Under the pieces are notes generated by a model. The model was not told the DNA's origin. It did no database searches and was given only the letters and a program-made list of their open reading frames with translations. A DNA stretch of 64,000 bases from Vicugna vicugna (Eukaryota): contig MU062133.1 of the NCBI GenBank assembly GCA_013265495.1, forward strand, positions 9,526,182-9,590,181, read 5' to 3'. Shown one piece after another: positions 49,380 to 62,391 of the stretch. A program made the position numbers and the translations under genes. Positions within the stretch are counted from its first letter, which is position 1, and the number at the start of each line of letters is the position of its first letter.

Positions 49380-50215
49380 GTTCTTTCCTTTTCGCCTCGT
49401 ACTACCCATTAGGTGGCCAGTTCCTCTAGTTCTGCTGTGGTTCCCTTCAATGAGTTTTAAGCTATCCATCTCCCTCTCTCCCTGGATCCTTCCTGTGAGC
49501 TACCTCCAGCCACTACTGGAATCATTATCTTCTCCCAACTACATACAGACAGGATCCTTCAAAGAGTCATCTTTGTTCCCTGTGTCCAATTTCTTAATTT
49601 CTACCCACCTCCCCAGCTTTCTAACATGTTGCTTCCATCCACAGCACCCCCTGAATCTGCTCTCATGTGGTCAGCAGAAGTTCTACTTCCTTAAGTCCCA
49701 TGTATACTTTTCTGTCCGCATCTTACCCAATGCCTTCGTAACTTTTATCATAGTTGACCCATAGCCTACTCCCTGGCTGCTGTGACACCTCAGTTTCCCT
49801 CTTTTTCTCCCTACTTTCCGATCACTTCTCCCCAGTTCCTTTTGCTGGCTCATCTTTACCTATTTTTGGATGTTGATATTCCTTATGAGTCAGTCCTTGG
49901 GCATCTTAAATTCTCACACAGCACATTCTCCCTAGGGAGTCCTATTCCTTCCCGTTATTTCCATTTCTCTCTGCGCCTTGGTGACTGACAAATGTATACA
50001 TCAGGCCCAAGCTTCCCTTCTGAATGGCAGGGCCTTGTGTCCACCTGCCCACATGATATCTTCAAATGGGCCTTTCTACGACATCTCAAAACTCAACATG
50101 CCCCGCCAATGTGATCATCTCACCTGAGCCTGCCTCTCTTTCAATGCTCCTCATGGGAGGAAATGGCATCCTCCTTCACCAAGCTGCTCACCTCATAAAA
50201 CCAGAAAGGAACGAG
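49380..50215 (+). mobile_element. L2 ORF2 remnant (continues at about 51780-52080)
   Basis: C/T-rich L2 body: tgcttccatccacagcac..., aatgtatacatcaggccca, atctcaaaactcaacatg. Confidence 0.7.
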
Positions 50216-50329
50216 GCAGCCCCAGAATCAGGGTATCTGACAACTGGAACAACGACACCCTTCTCAACACAACAAAACTATTCTCAGTAATAATCATGAA
50301 ACGGAATGAATAGTAGTAGAGATTACAAC

Positions 50330-50360
50330 AGAAACTCAAACAGTGAAAAATGTTTTTATT
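50330..50360 (-). terminator. Polyadenylation signal AATAAA with CA cleavage site and GU/U-rich downstream element
   Basis: Minus strand reads caAATAAAaacatttttCA ctgtttgagtttctgttg. Confidence 0.55.
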
Positions 50361-50876
50361 GAACTTGGCCTATATGTAATCTGCTAGAAATTAAATAATT
50401 GATACATATGATTAAAATTAAATTATGTTTATGGTGAAAAAAAAAGGAAAAATAAATCCTTCACACATTTAAAGTAGAGTAATGGATTTTTTATAAAAAT
50501 GGGGAAAACTCTACCTACATATTGGTGTTGCAGTAATGAATAATATCGTTTCTGTTTCTGAGTCTTAAATTCTGCAAATTTGTCAAGGTCAGAATTGATC
50601 TTCTTCACACAGTCATGCCTGAAAGGCAGTACAACAGATTGGTCCATCTTTCTTCACTCATAGTTAGAGAACTTTTTTTATTCATTTTAGTTTGCAAATT
50701 TTTCCTTGACATGAAATAGCAGCCATACAAATAGTTGAGAGAAGACTTAAACAAAGGATAAATTCAGCAGAGATTCATAAAAACCACATTTTACAAAATA
50801 AAAATCCAGCCAGTGCTATCCTGTGCATGTCACTTTTTTCTTCAGAATCTCTCCTGAGCAGGTTTCAACTGTTCCA
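50343..50876 (-). other. Candidate terminal exon of an unidentified minus-strand transcript; short reading frame then 3'UTR
   Basis: Acceptor aaaattttttgacag| at 50877. Frame (N)GTVETCSGEILKKKVTCTG* with stop at 50816-50818. AT-rich UTR with AATAAA at 50677-50682 and 50355-50360. Confidence 0.45.
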
Positions 50877-51346
50877 CTGTCAAAAAATTTTTAAGTACAA
50901 ATAAAAACCCCAAGTGGTCACTTAGAATGACAGACTTGAAATAATTCAAGTTATTTTCTTCATCTTTACAATCACTATGCTGTCATTCTTTATTCATGCC
51001 TGTTATTTAAATCCAGGCATATGCAGCATTACTGGGCTTGGAAATACGAAATGTATCCAAAACGAACTAAAAGAATCCTGAATCTTTAGGCCCTGCTGCC
51101 CTGATGAACTCACATGGTTGAGTTCACACATGTGAGGTGTGGGGAACCACATGTGTAACTGAGAGAATGCCAAGTAAGCTTCCTTGAAGACAGACTACAC
51201 AGGACAAATTATAAACAAGTGCCAATTTAAAGTGTCATATATATTACTAACTCAAAAGTAACACAGGGATTGCTAGAACTTAAACCAATAAAAGATTTTT
51301 CTGAGAAAAATGTTTTATCACTAATATTAATTATCAATATGATTAC

Positions 51347-51405
51347 TTGTATCCCGAGTGTGACGATAGTTCCCTGAGCTGATTCAGGTCTAAAGATTCC
51401 TAGAA
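51347..51405 (-). other. Candidate penultimate exon (59 nt; alternative acceptor at 51399 gives 53 nt, ESLDLNQLRELSSHSGY)
   Basis: Long T-rich tract tttttgtttttgtttgtcctgtttgttgtacag|, donor CAA|gtaatc. The 53-nt form splices in frame to the terminal exon. Confidence 0.45.
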
Positions 51406-52089
51406 CTGTACAACAAACAGGACAAACAAAAACAAAAACAAAAATCCTATGGGGGGTGTTTTTGTGTGTGTATATAAAATATATTAAATTACACATATGT
51501 AAATTATATAGTACTGGTTGTTACACAGGTGTATGCATTTGTCAAAGCTGATGGAACACTTAAAATGACTGAATTGTACATGTAAGTTGCATCTAAAACA
51601 TTTTTAATTGAAAAATTTTGGAGCATAATGATAATACAGAACTACCTTTAGTGAGTTGTACTTTTCATTTAAAATGCTCTACAGACAATAAATACTCTTA
51701 TTGCCTAAATCCAGGGTAGATGGTTCTCAGGGTCCCACCCTTGGTACAACACTGGATACTTAACATCTCTTACCCTTTTATCTGACAACCAAATGGCCCT
51801 AAAGACAACTAAAGCAATTTATAAAACTACCCCATGTCTCCATTTCCTTTTCCAGCCTGAGCCTCCGTCATACCCTGCAACAATTCACGAAGAAAACTTT
51901 CACATCTGGGAATCCTCCACGTCTGTTCATGGCACTCTTACCCATTCCTTACAAAGCACCTCAAGTAACCTTTGTAAAAGGCAGAATTTGCTATGCCATA
52001 CCCCTTCTTAAAACTTTCAATCGTTCTGCTATTGAAAGATAAAGTCAAAGTGCTAACTGGGACCTAAATACCCTAAAGGGCTAAGTCCT

Positions 52090-52908
52090 CATTTTTTTTT
52101 TTAATTAAAGTACAGTCAGTTACAATGTGTTACCTTCTGGTGTACAGCACAATGTCCCAGTCACGTATATACATACATATATTCATTTTCATATTCTTTT
52201 TCTTAAAAGTTATTATATGATATTGAATAGATTTGCCTGTGCTATACAGAAGAAATGTTTTTTATCTGTTTTATGCATAGTGATTAACATTTGCAAATCT
52301 CAGACTCCCAAATTTATCCCTTTCCACCTCCTCTCCCCCAGTAATCATAAGATTGTTTACATGTCTGCAAGTCTGTTTCTGTTTTGTAGATAAGTTCATT
52401 AGTATCCTTTTTTTTCCTTTTCTTCTTCTTCCTTTTTTTTTTTAAGATTCCTCATGTGAGTAACATCATATGGTACTTTCCTTTTGCTTATTTCACTTAG
52501 AATGATGATCTCCAGGTCCATCCATGTTTCTGTAAATGGCATTATTTTATTCTTTTATGGCTGAGTAGTATTCCATTGTAAAAAATGTACTACAATTTTT
52601 TTATCCAGTCTTCTGTCGATGGACATTTAGGTTATTTCCATGTGTTGACTATTGTAAATAGTGCTTCTGTGAACATTGGGGTGCATGTATCTTTCCGAAT
52701 TAGAGTTCCCTCCGGATATATGCTCAAGAGTGGGATTGCTGGATCATAAGGTAAGTCTGTTTTGGATTTTTTGAGAAATCTCCATTCTGTTTTCCATAAT
52801 GACTGCACCAAACTACATTCCCACCGGCACTGTAGGAGGGTTCCCTTTCGCCACACCCTCTCCAGCATTTATCGTTTGTGGACTTTTTAATGGTGGCCAT
52901 TCTGACTG
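52090..52908 (-). mobile_element. Young (artiodactyl/camelid-type) 5'-truncated L1
   Basis: Poly-T end. ORF 52632..52868 is the L1 ORF2 C-terminus ([14 protein letters not shown]...TCTPMFTEALFTI). Confidence 0.92.
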
Positions 52909-53799
52909 GTTCATCTGCTCTTTCATCTCCACCCCAGACTGCTCTTCATCTTGTCCTCTCGTTCTATCCACAGTGGCCGTGGTAACTAATTTTCTTCTTC
53001 CCCCTCTTCCACTGCGCCCCTCACTACTACTAAACCCAGCAGCCAGACCAGCAGAATGTGACCTTGGCTGAACTAGTTAGAAGTTCCCACTTGGGACTAC
53101 GAATCTTGAATAGGTGGCCTCAAGAAGAGAAATAGTGACCTTAGACTCTTAGCAGCAACATGGGTCCAGCAACGACTCCAATTTTGTCCAGAAAAGAGGG
53201 AAGTGTTCAACAGGAGTCGCTTTGAGTCCTGGTTAAATTTAGAAATAAAGTGGGCCAACATCCTGCATGCTTTCAGTCTCTGAGAATGGCACTGACGTCC
53301 CTCATGCCACTTGGAATATGGTAGATGCTCTGGTTTATTACCTCGGCTGGAGCAGAGGGTGCTGCCTTAGATGAGTGGGCAGTTTTAGTCTTTGACTCAA
53401 TCTTTCCTGTAATAACTTCTCTTGTTCTGAGGATCAAGGAACTCAAATGAGACTTCAGCCGGCTTCTGGGAACAATATACAATGTGGATCTGTGGACTGA
53501 TTGTGTCTACTGTGAGACAGACCTGGGCCAGAGCTCCATTTACCCCCTGACTTCCTGATGCCCTTCTTCTGACCAAAGGGTAGTGACTACGCTGTGGAGA
53601 TCAGAGCATCAGTGTCAGCTCAGACCTTATACTCCACAGGCTTCAAAAGTCTGGGGATTCCCTTTCCCAGTGTAGAACTGAGCATGTAAAGAGCCACATG
53701 TCACTTTGGGAATGAATGAAGGGAATCCTCACTGTATACACTTGCTATCGCATGGTAGGGTCCTTCCGGAGAGACACCCAGCCTTCCCTTCAATCTATG

Positions 53800-54400
53800 G
53801 ACTTTGATTCAGACAGTGAAGTTAGAGGCGGAAACTGTTTAAGAAATTGTGACAGGAGACAGAATAAATGGGTCCCATATGGTTGAAGTCACAGGAGTGA
53901 ATGACATCACCTAAAGAGACTGCATACAAGAGAACGGGAGGGAGGATCAGGGTATAAAGGCCAGGGACAGAACGCTGGGGAGAGCTCCCAAAATCAAGAT
54001 GGGTGTTTCCACCAAGGGGAGTCTTGCAGATTAGCCAGAGCAAAAGCCTGGAGAGCTAGGAGGAAGTTTATGAAAAAAGGACAAGTCAAAGATATTAAAA
54101 GTTGGAGAACAGTCAAGGACTACATAAGAAAGGATGACATTTGGCTTAAATTTAGTAAATAGTTTCAAAAAGTCTGACTGTTTTGGGAAGAGGATTACTG
54201 ACGCCTGATTCAGGGAGGAGTTGGGGTAAGGCAAGAGACTGAACCCTGCTTTTGTTTCGTTGTTTTTGTTTTTGAGATGCTTGGCTAAGGAAACTGCAGG
54301 GAAATGAGACTATTTTGAGAGAATCTTTTATTTTGAAGTCAGATGTGAGAGGAAAAGAATCCCAATGGAAGAGTTGAAGAAAACAGACCGACTCCTCAGA
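53800..54400 (-). mobile_element. L2 remnant
   Basis: Purine-rich antisense L2 body (ggagtgaatgacatcacctaaagag...). Confidence 0.6.
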
Positions 54401-54812
54401 ACCTACAGGAAGAAAAGGAGAAACAGGGAACCCACTGGAGCATTACAAGTGGTTCCAAGTACCGAGCAAGACACAGCCTCATGGAGTTCCCCAGTAATTC
54501 TTTAACATAAAAATGAATAAAACTTCTTTTTAAAGATGATGAGAAATATGTAAATATAATGTATCAGCCCTATCTTAGTGGTTAATATTATACAGAAAAT
54601 TTCAATTTACTGCAAAACACCAGTGATAATTTCCCTTTGAAAAATGCCAAATATAAAACTACACTGAATTTTCAAGGAATTGCAGTGGCTTAAATTTCAT
54701 TGCTTGCATGTCTGTGGCCTATGAGACCTATCCTTCTTCTGAGCACTCTTGATTTGACCCTTTGATCAATATACGGCCTGGAAGCAACTTACCTAGATCC
54801 TATTAGACTCAC

Positions 54813-54914
54813 CCTGTACAGAAACGTTCTTACTGACCATAATTCAATACCGTATCTTTGTTTTTATGTCAAGGGCCAATAAAAATTAGCCATATCAATA
54901 TATGTCAGGATAAC
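54813..54914 (-). other. Candidate exon (102 nt, phase 0-0, one in-frame TAA)
   Basis: Acceptor gatttttgtag|, donor AGG|gtgagt, second donor TAG|gtaagt 20 nt further on. Frame VILTYIDMANFYWPLT*KQRYGIELWSVRTFLYR. Confidence 0.35.
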
Positions 54915-55738
54915 CTACAAAAATCATCACTGAAGACAGTGTACATTGCATCCTGACGCGAGGGCTCAAACATTACCATCTAATGTTTATTTCTAGAAGT
55001 GTTTCTCTGCCCCAAAGACACTGCATCTCTTGGAACCAGATGATTAAGATTAAAGCGCATCTCCTCCTGTTCTTTTTGTTAGAGTTCCAAGTAGTTTACC
55101 GTTAATTTGTGTTTGACATGTCATTTATCCTTCTTATTTTTTCCTACTTCAAGGGTTACTTTAAACTTTTCTTACATTGTGAGCTATTTTAAATACTTTA
55201 AAAGTAGAGAGGACATAAATAATATACACATAAATGCATTAAGGATAAATGTAGTGTTAAACTTAAGTCTGAGACAGGGCTGGAAGACTTTGATAAAGTA
55301 TCATTCGCTAGGGGTTGCTGGATTTTTTGGGTGCAAATTGTGGAACTACAGAAATTATGATGAGTCTATCTTTAACCATGCAAGATAGATTCACCCAAAA
55401 GGCTAGACTCGTAACACTTCAGAATTAATTTCCCTGGTTCTTAGGAATTCCTAACAGGTGTAAGTGCAATGAACACACACATTTACTCCTTAGTGACCAA
55501 GACCACAGAGATCCATAAAGGTCTTTTACATGCAAAAATAAAAATAAAAGAAGATAAAATAAATAAAAATAAAATAACTTGAGTACAGTCAAATGTGAAT
55601 TCAGGTAGAGACCTCAGATTATGCCAGTCCCCTCTTCCAAGTAATACTGTAATGTCCATTTCCCTTCTACATGACTTGAGGGCTCACAGAAAGGACATGC
55701 CTTCTACTGTTTTAAAAACAATTTCAAGGACTTCAGAT

Positions 55739-55910
55739 NNNNNNNNNNNNNNNNNNNNNNNNNNNNNNNNNNNNNNNNNNNNNNNNNNNNNNNNNNNNNN
55801 NNNNNNNNNNNNNNNNNNNNNNNNNNNNNNNNNNNNNNNNNNNNNNNNNNNNNNNNNNNNNNNNNNNNNNNNNNNNNNNNNNNNNNNNNNNNNNNNNNNN
55901 NNNNNNNNNN
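55739..55910. other. Assembly gap (N run)
   Basis: Run of n. Confidence 1.
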
Positions 55911-57329
55911 AATCTCTTAATTTTCTTCCTAAACCATGTGACTCTTTAGCAGCTTAGATAAAAGAAGCAGTTAGAGCAGATGAGCATCAGATCTCCCGTT
56001 AACGCAAAGTAAATTGAATTCTAGGGAATCTTGGTTCTTTCAAGTTGGCTGAGGGTACCACAGTTCAATACAAAAACCATTACACTTACTTACCACGCTA
56101 CAAAGTCCTCCAAATCATTTATAAGGGCTGAGCCCTCACGAATGGCCCCAAGCTTGCCTGCTTCATTGCCAATAAATCCAAGCCCTCCTCAGACATTACT
56201 GAATTGTTCTGGCAGTCATACGCAGCACAGATCTCCTTTCTCCTTTTTTTTTTTTTCAAATCTTATGGTTGGCTTTTCTTGCTAACTTTTTTTTCCCCTT
56301 TCCTTTACCTGCAACAACCCTGATTCTGGCCACCGATGTTCACACTCCTATAATGCTTGGCACATACCCTGGGGTCAAGGCATGTTACTCTGCAATCAAC
56401 AATGGTCTGTTGGGAAGACCCAGCCATTTATCATAATGGAACCCCACGGCATCCCACTAACTTCTCCTCATTTCACACCTGGCAAACTCTCCATCAAAAG
56501 GATTTAAGATTTCACTCCATGCTGAGCACTTGTAACCGTAGGATTGGTTCTCTGCTCTGGTGCCAGGAGAATGGAAGTGCCCAGAGCATGGACGTGTCTG
56601 AAAAACTTTAATTTCCACTTACACAAGCTAACAAACTAGAGTGATAACAAAAGCAATCAAAATAGAGGCTAACCCACAAAAGATTTAAATTGAGTATTGG
56701 AGATTATTATAAAATTTCTTCTGTCATCAAAGTAGTGTTATTTTAAATGTGACTTAAACCTAGTCATAATCCTTAAAGGGACACCAAATGGGATGGAAGC
56801 ATACTGATTAAGAGAGCACAGTTTGGATACTGGCCATCACGAATCTCTGAAACAAGATATAGCTGGTAGGCTAGATTGCCTGGGTCAACTTGGTACGACT
56901 GCACCTGCTTAAGGTTGGAATTATGTTTTCCCTTTTCCTGAATTCCTCTCCTATGCCATTTTGGGTGAGAGCTTGTCAATGAGATGAATTCACATGAGAT
57001 TTTAGGGTAATCAACCACTCCAGTTTTCCCAGAATGGAAGCATTGCCAGGCATATACGACTTTCACTGCTAAAATTGAGAAAGTTTTGAGCCAACCCAGT
57101 TGGTTGGTGACCCTTGATTTGGAAAATGAAAGTGATGCCAAGATCATTACCCTTGGAAGACGGTGGTGGTCAGAGTGATGAAGAGATGCAAGGGTTTCCC
57201 ACAGGACACAGCTTATCCCTGCTCCTCTCCTGTCCTGATTCCAACCAGTCCACCCAATCTCTGGCCCTGCCTCCTATTGGTCAACAGGGGCCACAAGCCC
57301 AGCAGAAGATGCTCGGATGCAAATCCTCA

Positions 57330-57630
57330 GAAGTAGCATTTCCATTGGGCAGGGGTTGTCAGAGAGGCAGCAGTCCCTAGAGGACTAATTGCTACCACAG
57401 ACCCCTCCATCTGCCTCCCTGTTGCAGCCCTGCTTCAACAGGCAGACGTGGGAGATGCTCCCTGCACTCCCACAAGCTCTGACCTGCCAGCCGCACCAGC
57501 ACTTCAGACAGAATTCATCACGGGTTGATCCTCCGACTCTCACCTTCTAGAGTTCACTGCCCAGGCCTTCCTACTCCATGAAAGTTCCAATTCCTGTATT
57601 AAGTACCTCATCTTCCTGACTGAAACCTGA
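57330..57630 (+). mobile_element. ERVL-type (LTR16/33-like) LTR remnant
   Basis: cagccctgcttcaacaggc...aaagttccaattcctgtattaagtacctc...ctgactgaaacctga. Confidence 0.5.
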
Positions 57631-58127
57631 GTGCTGAGTAATCATGATATGGTACCAAACAGTCGCTGTTGAGGAATCAGAAACACACACCAGGAGCCTA
57701 ATTACACAATCAACAACAGTAACTGAACGCAACTGCCTTTTCCTCAGAGAAGTTCATCCACCTCTTCCCCTACCCCTAGTTTTCTTTTCCATAATAACTC
57801 ATTCCTTTTAATTTTATATTTGGGTGATTATTAATTTAATTCCTGTTCTTCCTTGCTACCCCACTGAAGACTGGAATCCTATTTGTGCTCTTCAATACCA
57901 CATAGACTGTCTACCTGGAGACTACAAAATATCTGGCACACAGGAGGTGTACCAGGAAGTGCAATGAGCCTCTGTAGGTGAGTAAATTTAAAGAACCATG
58001 ATTTGGAACCTAGAAAACAAAGGAACACACACATACATTTGTTCTTTAACTATGAGCCACAATTTGTGTCTTAAAAGAAGGAAATAAACAATTCTCCAGC
58101 TCTAAACACCGAGAGCCTTTTTACATT

Positions 58128-58259
58128 NNNNNNNNNNNNNNNNNNNNNNNNNNNNNNNNNNNNNNNNNNNNNNNNNNNNNNNNNNNNNNNNNNNNNNNNN
58201 NNNNNNNNNNNNNNNNNNNNNNNNNNNNNNNNNNNNNNNNNNNNNNNNNNNNNNNNNNN
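58128..58259. other. Assembly gap (N run)
   Basis: Run of n. Confidence 1.
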
Positions 58260-60009
58260 TAACCCTGGGATAGAGAGTAATGTTTCTACCATTCAGTGAA
58301 TAATGGCTCCACGTTGTCCCAAGGAGAATTTTCCTGGGTTGCCATTCGGTTTGTTTGTTAGTTGGTTTTAAATCATTTAATGGGTCAGAAAGACGCTCGC
58401 CTGCATGAATACCAATGTTCCTGCAAGAGTACAGAGGAGCAGTGGGCATCAGTGCAAGCTGGTCACAATCTGCCTTCTGGCTGTCACTTTGGGATTTTTG
58501 CCTTCAGTAAAGTTTTGGAATTCATTGCAAACCTGTAACGTCAACGTGTGTTAAGTGGACTTAAAGGGCTGTCTATTCCCCAATGAATAGGACACTGAAT
58601 AAATGGGCCAGCCCAGCCAAAACTGGCCTCTAAGACAAGAAGTGCAATTCTGGAGGCCAAAACATTTTCTAAGTCCAGTTTCCACTTCACTTGCAGAACC
58701 AGTCCATTTTGGAGATCACTCATATGGTTTCAGGACCAACACTGATAATTCCTCTCAGAGCACTCGCCAGAAGTAGGGTTTTCTCACTGTGTCCTAGGGC
58801 CTGTGCATGAGCTCAGTCTCCAAGATACCTCCCCTCTCATCTGAAGTTCTACAAGAGGCAGGTGGACACCCAGGGTGGTAACAGAGACTCTACAAGGGTC
58901 TCAACCAACAAGCCACATTCAGCAGTCACCCTACCTTCTTTGCTGAGACAGAGAAGTTGGCAAGCATACATTTCCACAGAAAGTAACCAACATCCCACAG
59001 TGAGTGGGTCTATGAAGCAACCCCTGAGCATCAGAAGAAGGATGGTGCTCCAAGAGGCCAACCAAACAGCACATTCATTTCCCAGATGGGTAAAAGGAGA
59101 CATATGTAAAGAAAGGGGACAGGTGCAGGACTTTCTTTCAAAAAGAGTGAAAATGAAAGCAGTACCTCTTCTTAGGTCATTATTCTCAGCGCTTAAAGGA
59201 AACCTGCTCTGTGTGAGCCACAAGTCACCTAGGGGATGGAGGCACTGAAGACCAAAAGACGCAGTGAGTGGTAAGGTTTGGCAAGGTTTTGTTTGTCTGT
59301 TTTAATGCTACCCAGCACCTGGACCCCTCTGCTAGACTAAGTCCTGGTCACACCTGCCTCACACAGTAGAAATCAGGATGGAGCTGGGTCGCCTCCCTCT
59401 TCCCTCTCCCTGTTCCTGCCTGATATTTTGGATTATCAAGGAATAAAAAATAAAATAAAATAAAATAAAAACGCAGGGACAATTGTGAAATTATTCAGTA
59501 GGAGAGCAGAGCGGTGCCAAGACTGTGAGCCGACGGGGAGGAACGTGAGGTTCGGGGGCAGTGGCAGGGAGCGCCCAGTGCCAGGGCAGTTATCTTAACC
59601 TGCTAATTCCAAGGGGTCACTTGTTTCAGACCAGGATCTGTTCCAGTCTGTCCTTCCAAATGCCTCACCATTCTTAATTCCTGCTGTTTTTCCAAATCTG
59701 GTTCTCCAGCCTTCATTGGATTCAGAGATAATACATTCCTCATGTTTGACTCTGCCAGAGATTTGTGACTTCACAGTCTGGCAGTGGTAGTTATGGTGAG
59801 GCAGAAAAAGCCACCTAGAGAAGACAAATGGGGTCTAGTGCTGGCTGGACAGCTCGATGGCTGCGTGGCCCTGGGAAAGCCAATCCCCTTCACTAGAACT
59901 CAACTTCCTCATTCTACCCTAAAAGCACACTGGAATATTACTACAGTATTTGTGCCATCTTTTGTTGTGTACATTGTTATCGATGCCTAAGACGATGTCC
60001 TTAAAGTTC

Positions 60010-60560
60010 CTAATACCTGCAATGAATTAATTCAATTTAACAAATCTACTGAATACGTATGTTGTGTCAGGCAGCATGCTAAATGCTAGAACATAACAAT
60101 GAATAGATCAGTCATGGTTTCTGTCCTCTTGGGCCTTACGAGGAAGACAAGCAATCAGCAGTCAGGTACCATGGAGCAGGGGAAGCATTATGCTCTAACA
60201 AGGGCAGGGTGTGCTTAGACAACTTTGAATGGGGCCCTACCCAGACCTTGGGGATCCAGGAAGTTCCCCCGGAAATTCTGACTTTAAGCTTCTCTGGCAA
60301 GAAATGAAGGATGAGTTAGATGGATGGGAAGACAAATCATTCCAAACCTAAGGGACAGCACTGACATCAACAGCCAGGAGGAACCAAAAGGGGGTCATAG
60401 CCAGTGGGCTGAAGATACAATGTGGATGATGTGAAGGAGGTAAGCAGATGCCAGGTCAGACTACACAAGGCAGGCCATTTGCAGGTTTTATTCTAAAAAT
60501 TAGGAGACTGTCTTAGAGACTCAATTCCCCTTCCTCCCTTCCCCTCTCCCCTCCTTCCCT
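60010..60560 (-). mobile_element. L2 3' fragment
   Basis: aattcaatttaacaaatctactgaatacgtatgttgtgtcaggcagcatgctaaatgctag. Confidence 0.7.
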
Positions 60561-61149
60561 TCACAGAGGCAAAAAAGTAAACAAATATGTTTTAGAATGA
60601 TTTGCAGCAACAAGGGTAGAATGAAAACATGTTTTCCGAGTTAATCAGAAAATTACATTAAATGAAACTACCCATTCCCGGAGCCTCTGATTCCCTGAAG
60701 TTTCTCTGAGGGTACCCGTTGAAGCTGTTCCTTGGGAAACACACATCCTGCCCTCACTAGTAAGCTGCTCAGCAGGGCAGAAAGGTTGTTTGTCTGCTCC
60801 GCTATCCCAAACTTGGGTTATTTGACGCAGATTTTCAAAAAGGGCTCACAGATGACAAGGGCATGAGACTGGCATGGAAACCCACTGGAACAAAGCAATC
60901 TTAACGCACGCTCCCCTGGGCTCCCTGGAGCATCTTTTTCCCAGAGAGTGCCGCATCTTAACAAACACCCATCCACTCACCCTTTGCGCCTCAGAGCAGA
61001 TGAGATTTGCTACCAGAGAAGGAGGAGTAGTTCCAACAAGAGTTAATTTTGCCAGTTTCCCCCACAATGTGCTCTTCAGAAGGACTGTGCGAGCTTATCA
61101 CCTTTATTTTCTTAATCTCCATGTTCCTAGGTTTCCTCATTACTCATGA

Positions 61150-61900
61150 GCCTTCTTCTTTGACCAAGACAGAGTCTATCCATGTCCCTTCCAAAATCTG
61201 ACGCTCAGAGCTCCGCCTGTGCAAGGTCAGACCTGGCCCAGTGCTATAGCCCAGCCACCTCCCTCACCCCGAACCCTGCCCTTCTGGCAACGGAGTTGGC
61301 TTGTGCTGGCATCTTTGACATTCATGTCACACTGTGGATTCCCACTGAGCCTGCTGTCAATGAAATCTCCAAAGCGTCATCCCGTGCATTGCAGTTTAGC
61401 CACTTCTCCCCCATCTCATGTACAGTTTGACTTCTGAACCCAAGTGCAGGACCCTCCATTTATCCCTATTAAATTTCATCTTGTTAGATTCAGGCTATTG
61501 TTCCAGCCTGTCGAAATCGTTTTACATCTTGGCCCTGTCGGCTGTCTCCCTCTTTGCTCTGTGTCATCCGTGAGTTTGATCAGCATGCCTTCCATGTCTT
61601 CATCTAAGTCATCGATGGGGAGGTTGGGGAGCACAGAGGCAAGGACATGGCCCTCTAGGTCCCTGGAGATTGCTCTGCCGGCCACTGGTGATCAGTCAGT
61701 CGGCATTCATTGAGTACTGTCTTTCATCCAGGTTCCAGTTCACTGAGCTACATTATCATCCAGCCCACATCTCTCCATCAAGTCCATCACAGTATCAGAA
61801 GCTACTCTGTCAAACGTCTTGCTAATACCCAGATACCCCCTGCTAGGGCATCCCTTCATCTCCTCATATAGGGAGACTGACGGCATTGATAAACACGGTT
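61150..61900 (-). mobile_element. L3/CR1 LINE reverse-transcriptase remnant
   Basis: Translations YLGISKTFDRVASDTVMDLMERCGLDD and LPNLPIDDLDEDMEGMLIKLTDDTE resemble CR1 RT (YLDFSKAFD..., IFINDLDEGIE..LSKFADDTK). Confidence 0.85.
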
Positions 61901-62180
61901 TACGTAGAGCAGGGTTTCTACAGGAGGGTGGTGGCAGAGTTCTGTCATTCCACTGGAAAAGGAGCTCCTTAAAGCTAGGAATGTTTGTCTGTTTTGCTCC
62001 TAGCTGTTTCTCCAGCACCCAGGGCAGTGGCTAACAATAGGAGACACTTAAATATCTATTAAATGACTGAATCAATGAACATAGTTATAATTTAACCAAT
62101 TCAAAAAGCAAAGTATCTGTGGAGCTCCAAATGAAGAAATAATAAGATAGGATGCAGGATTTATTCCCTGTTACCTAGAC

Positions 62181-62391
62181 CAGGGTTTGTCAAACTACAG
62201 CCAAATCAGGCTCACTGCTTGGCTTTGTGAATAAAGTTTTATCAGAACACAGACATGTCCATTCATTCCCATACTGTCCATGGCTGTCCTTAGGCTATCA
62301 TGGGGGATTCCAATATTTATGACAGAAACTGTATGGTCCAAAAGCTGAAAATACTACCTGGCTTTGTACGGGAAAAGTGTGCTGACCACTG
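62181..62391 (+). mobile_element. MER58A-like hAT-Charlie MITE
   Basis: cagggtttgtcaaactac...aataaagttttatcagaacacag...aaaagtgtgctgaccactg termini. Confidence 0.8.

Noticed and set aside
17563-57325. Several ATGCAAAT octamer motifs across the window
   Set aside because: The number is close to chance expectation for an AT-rich 64 kb, and they are not clustered.
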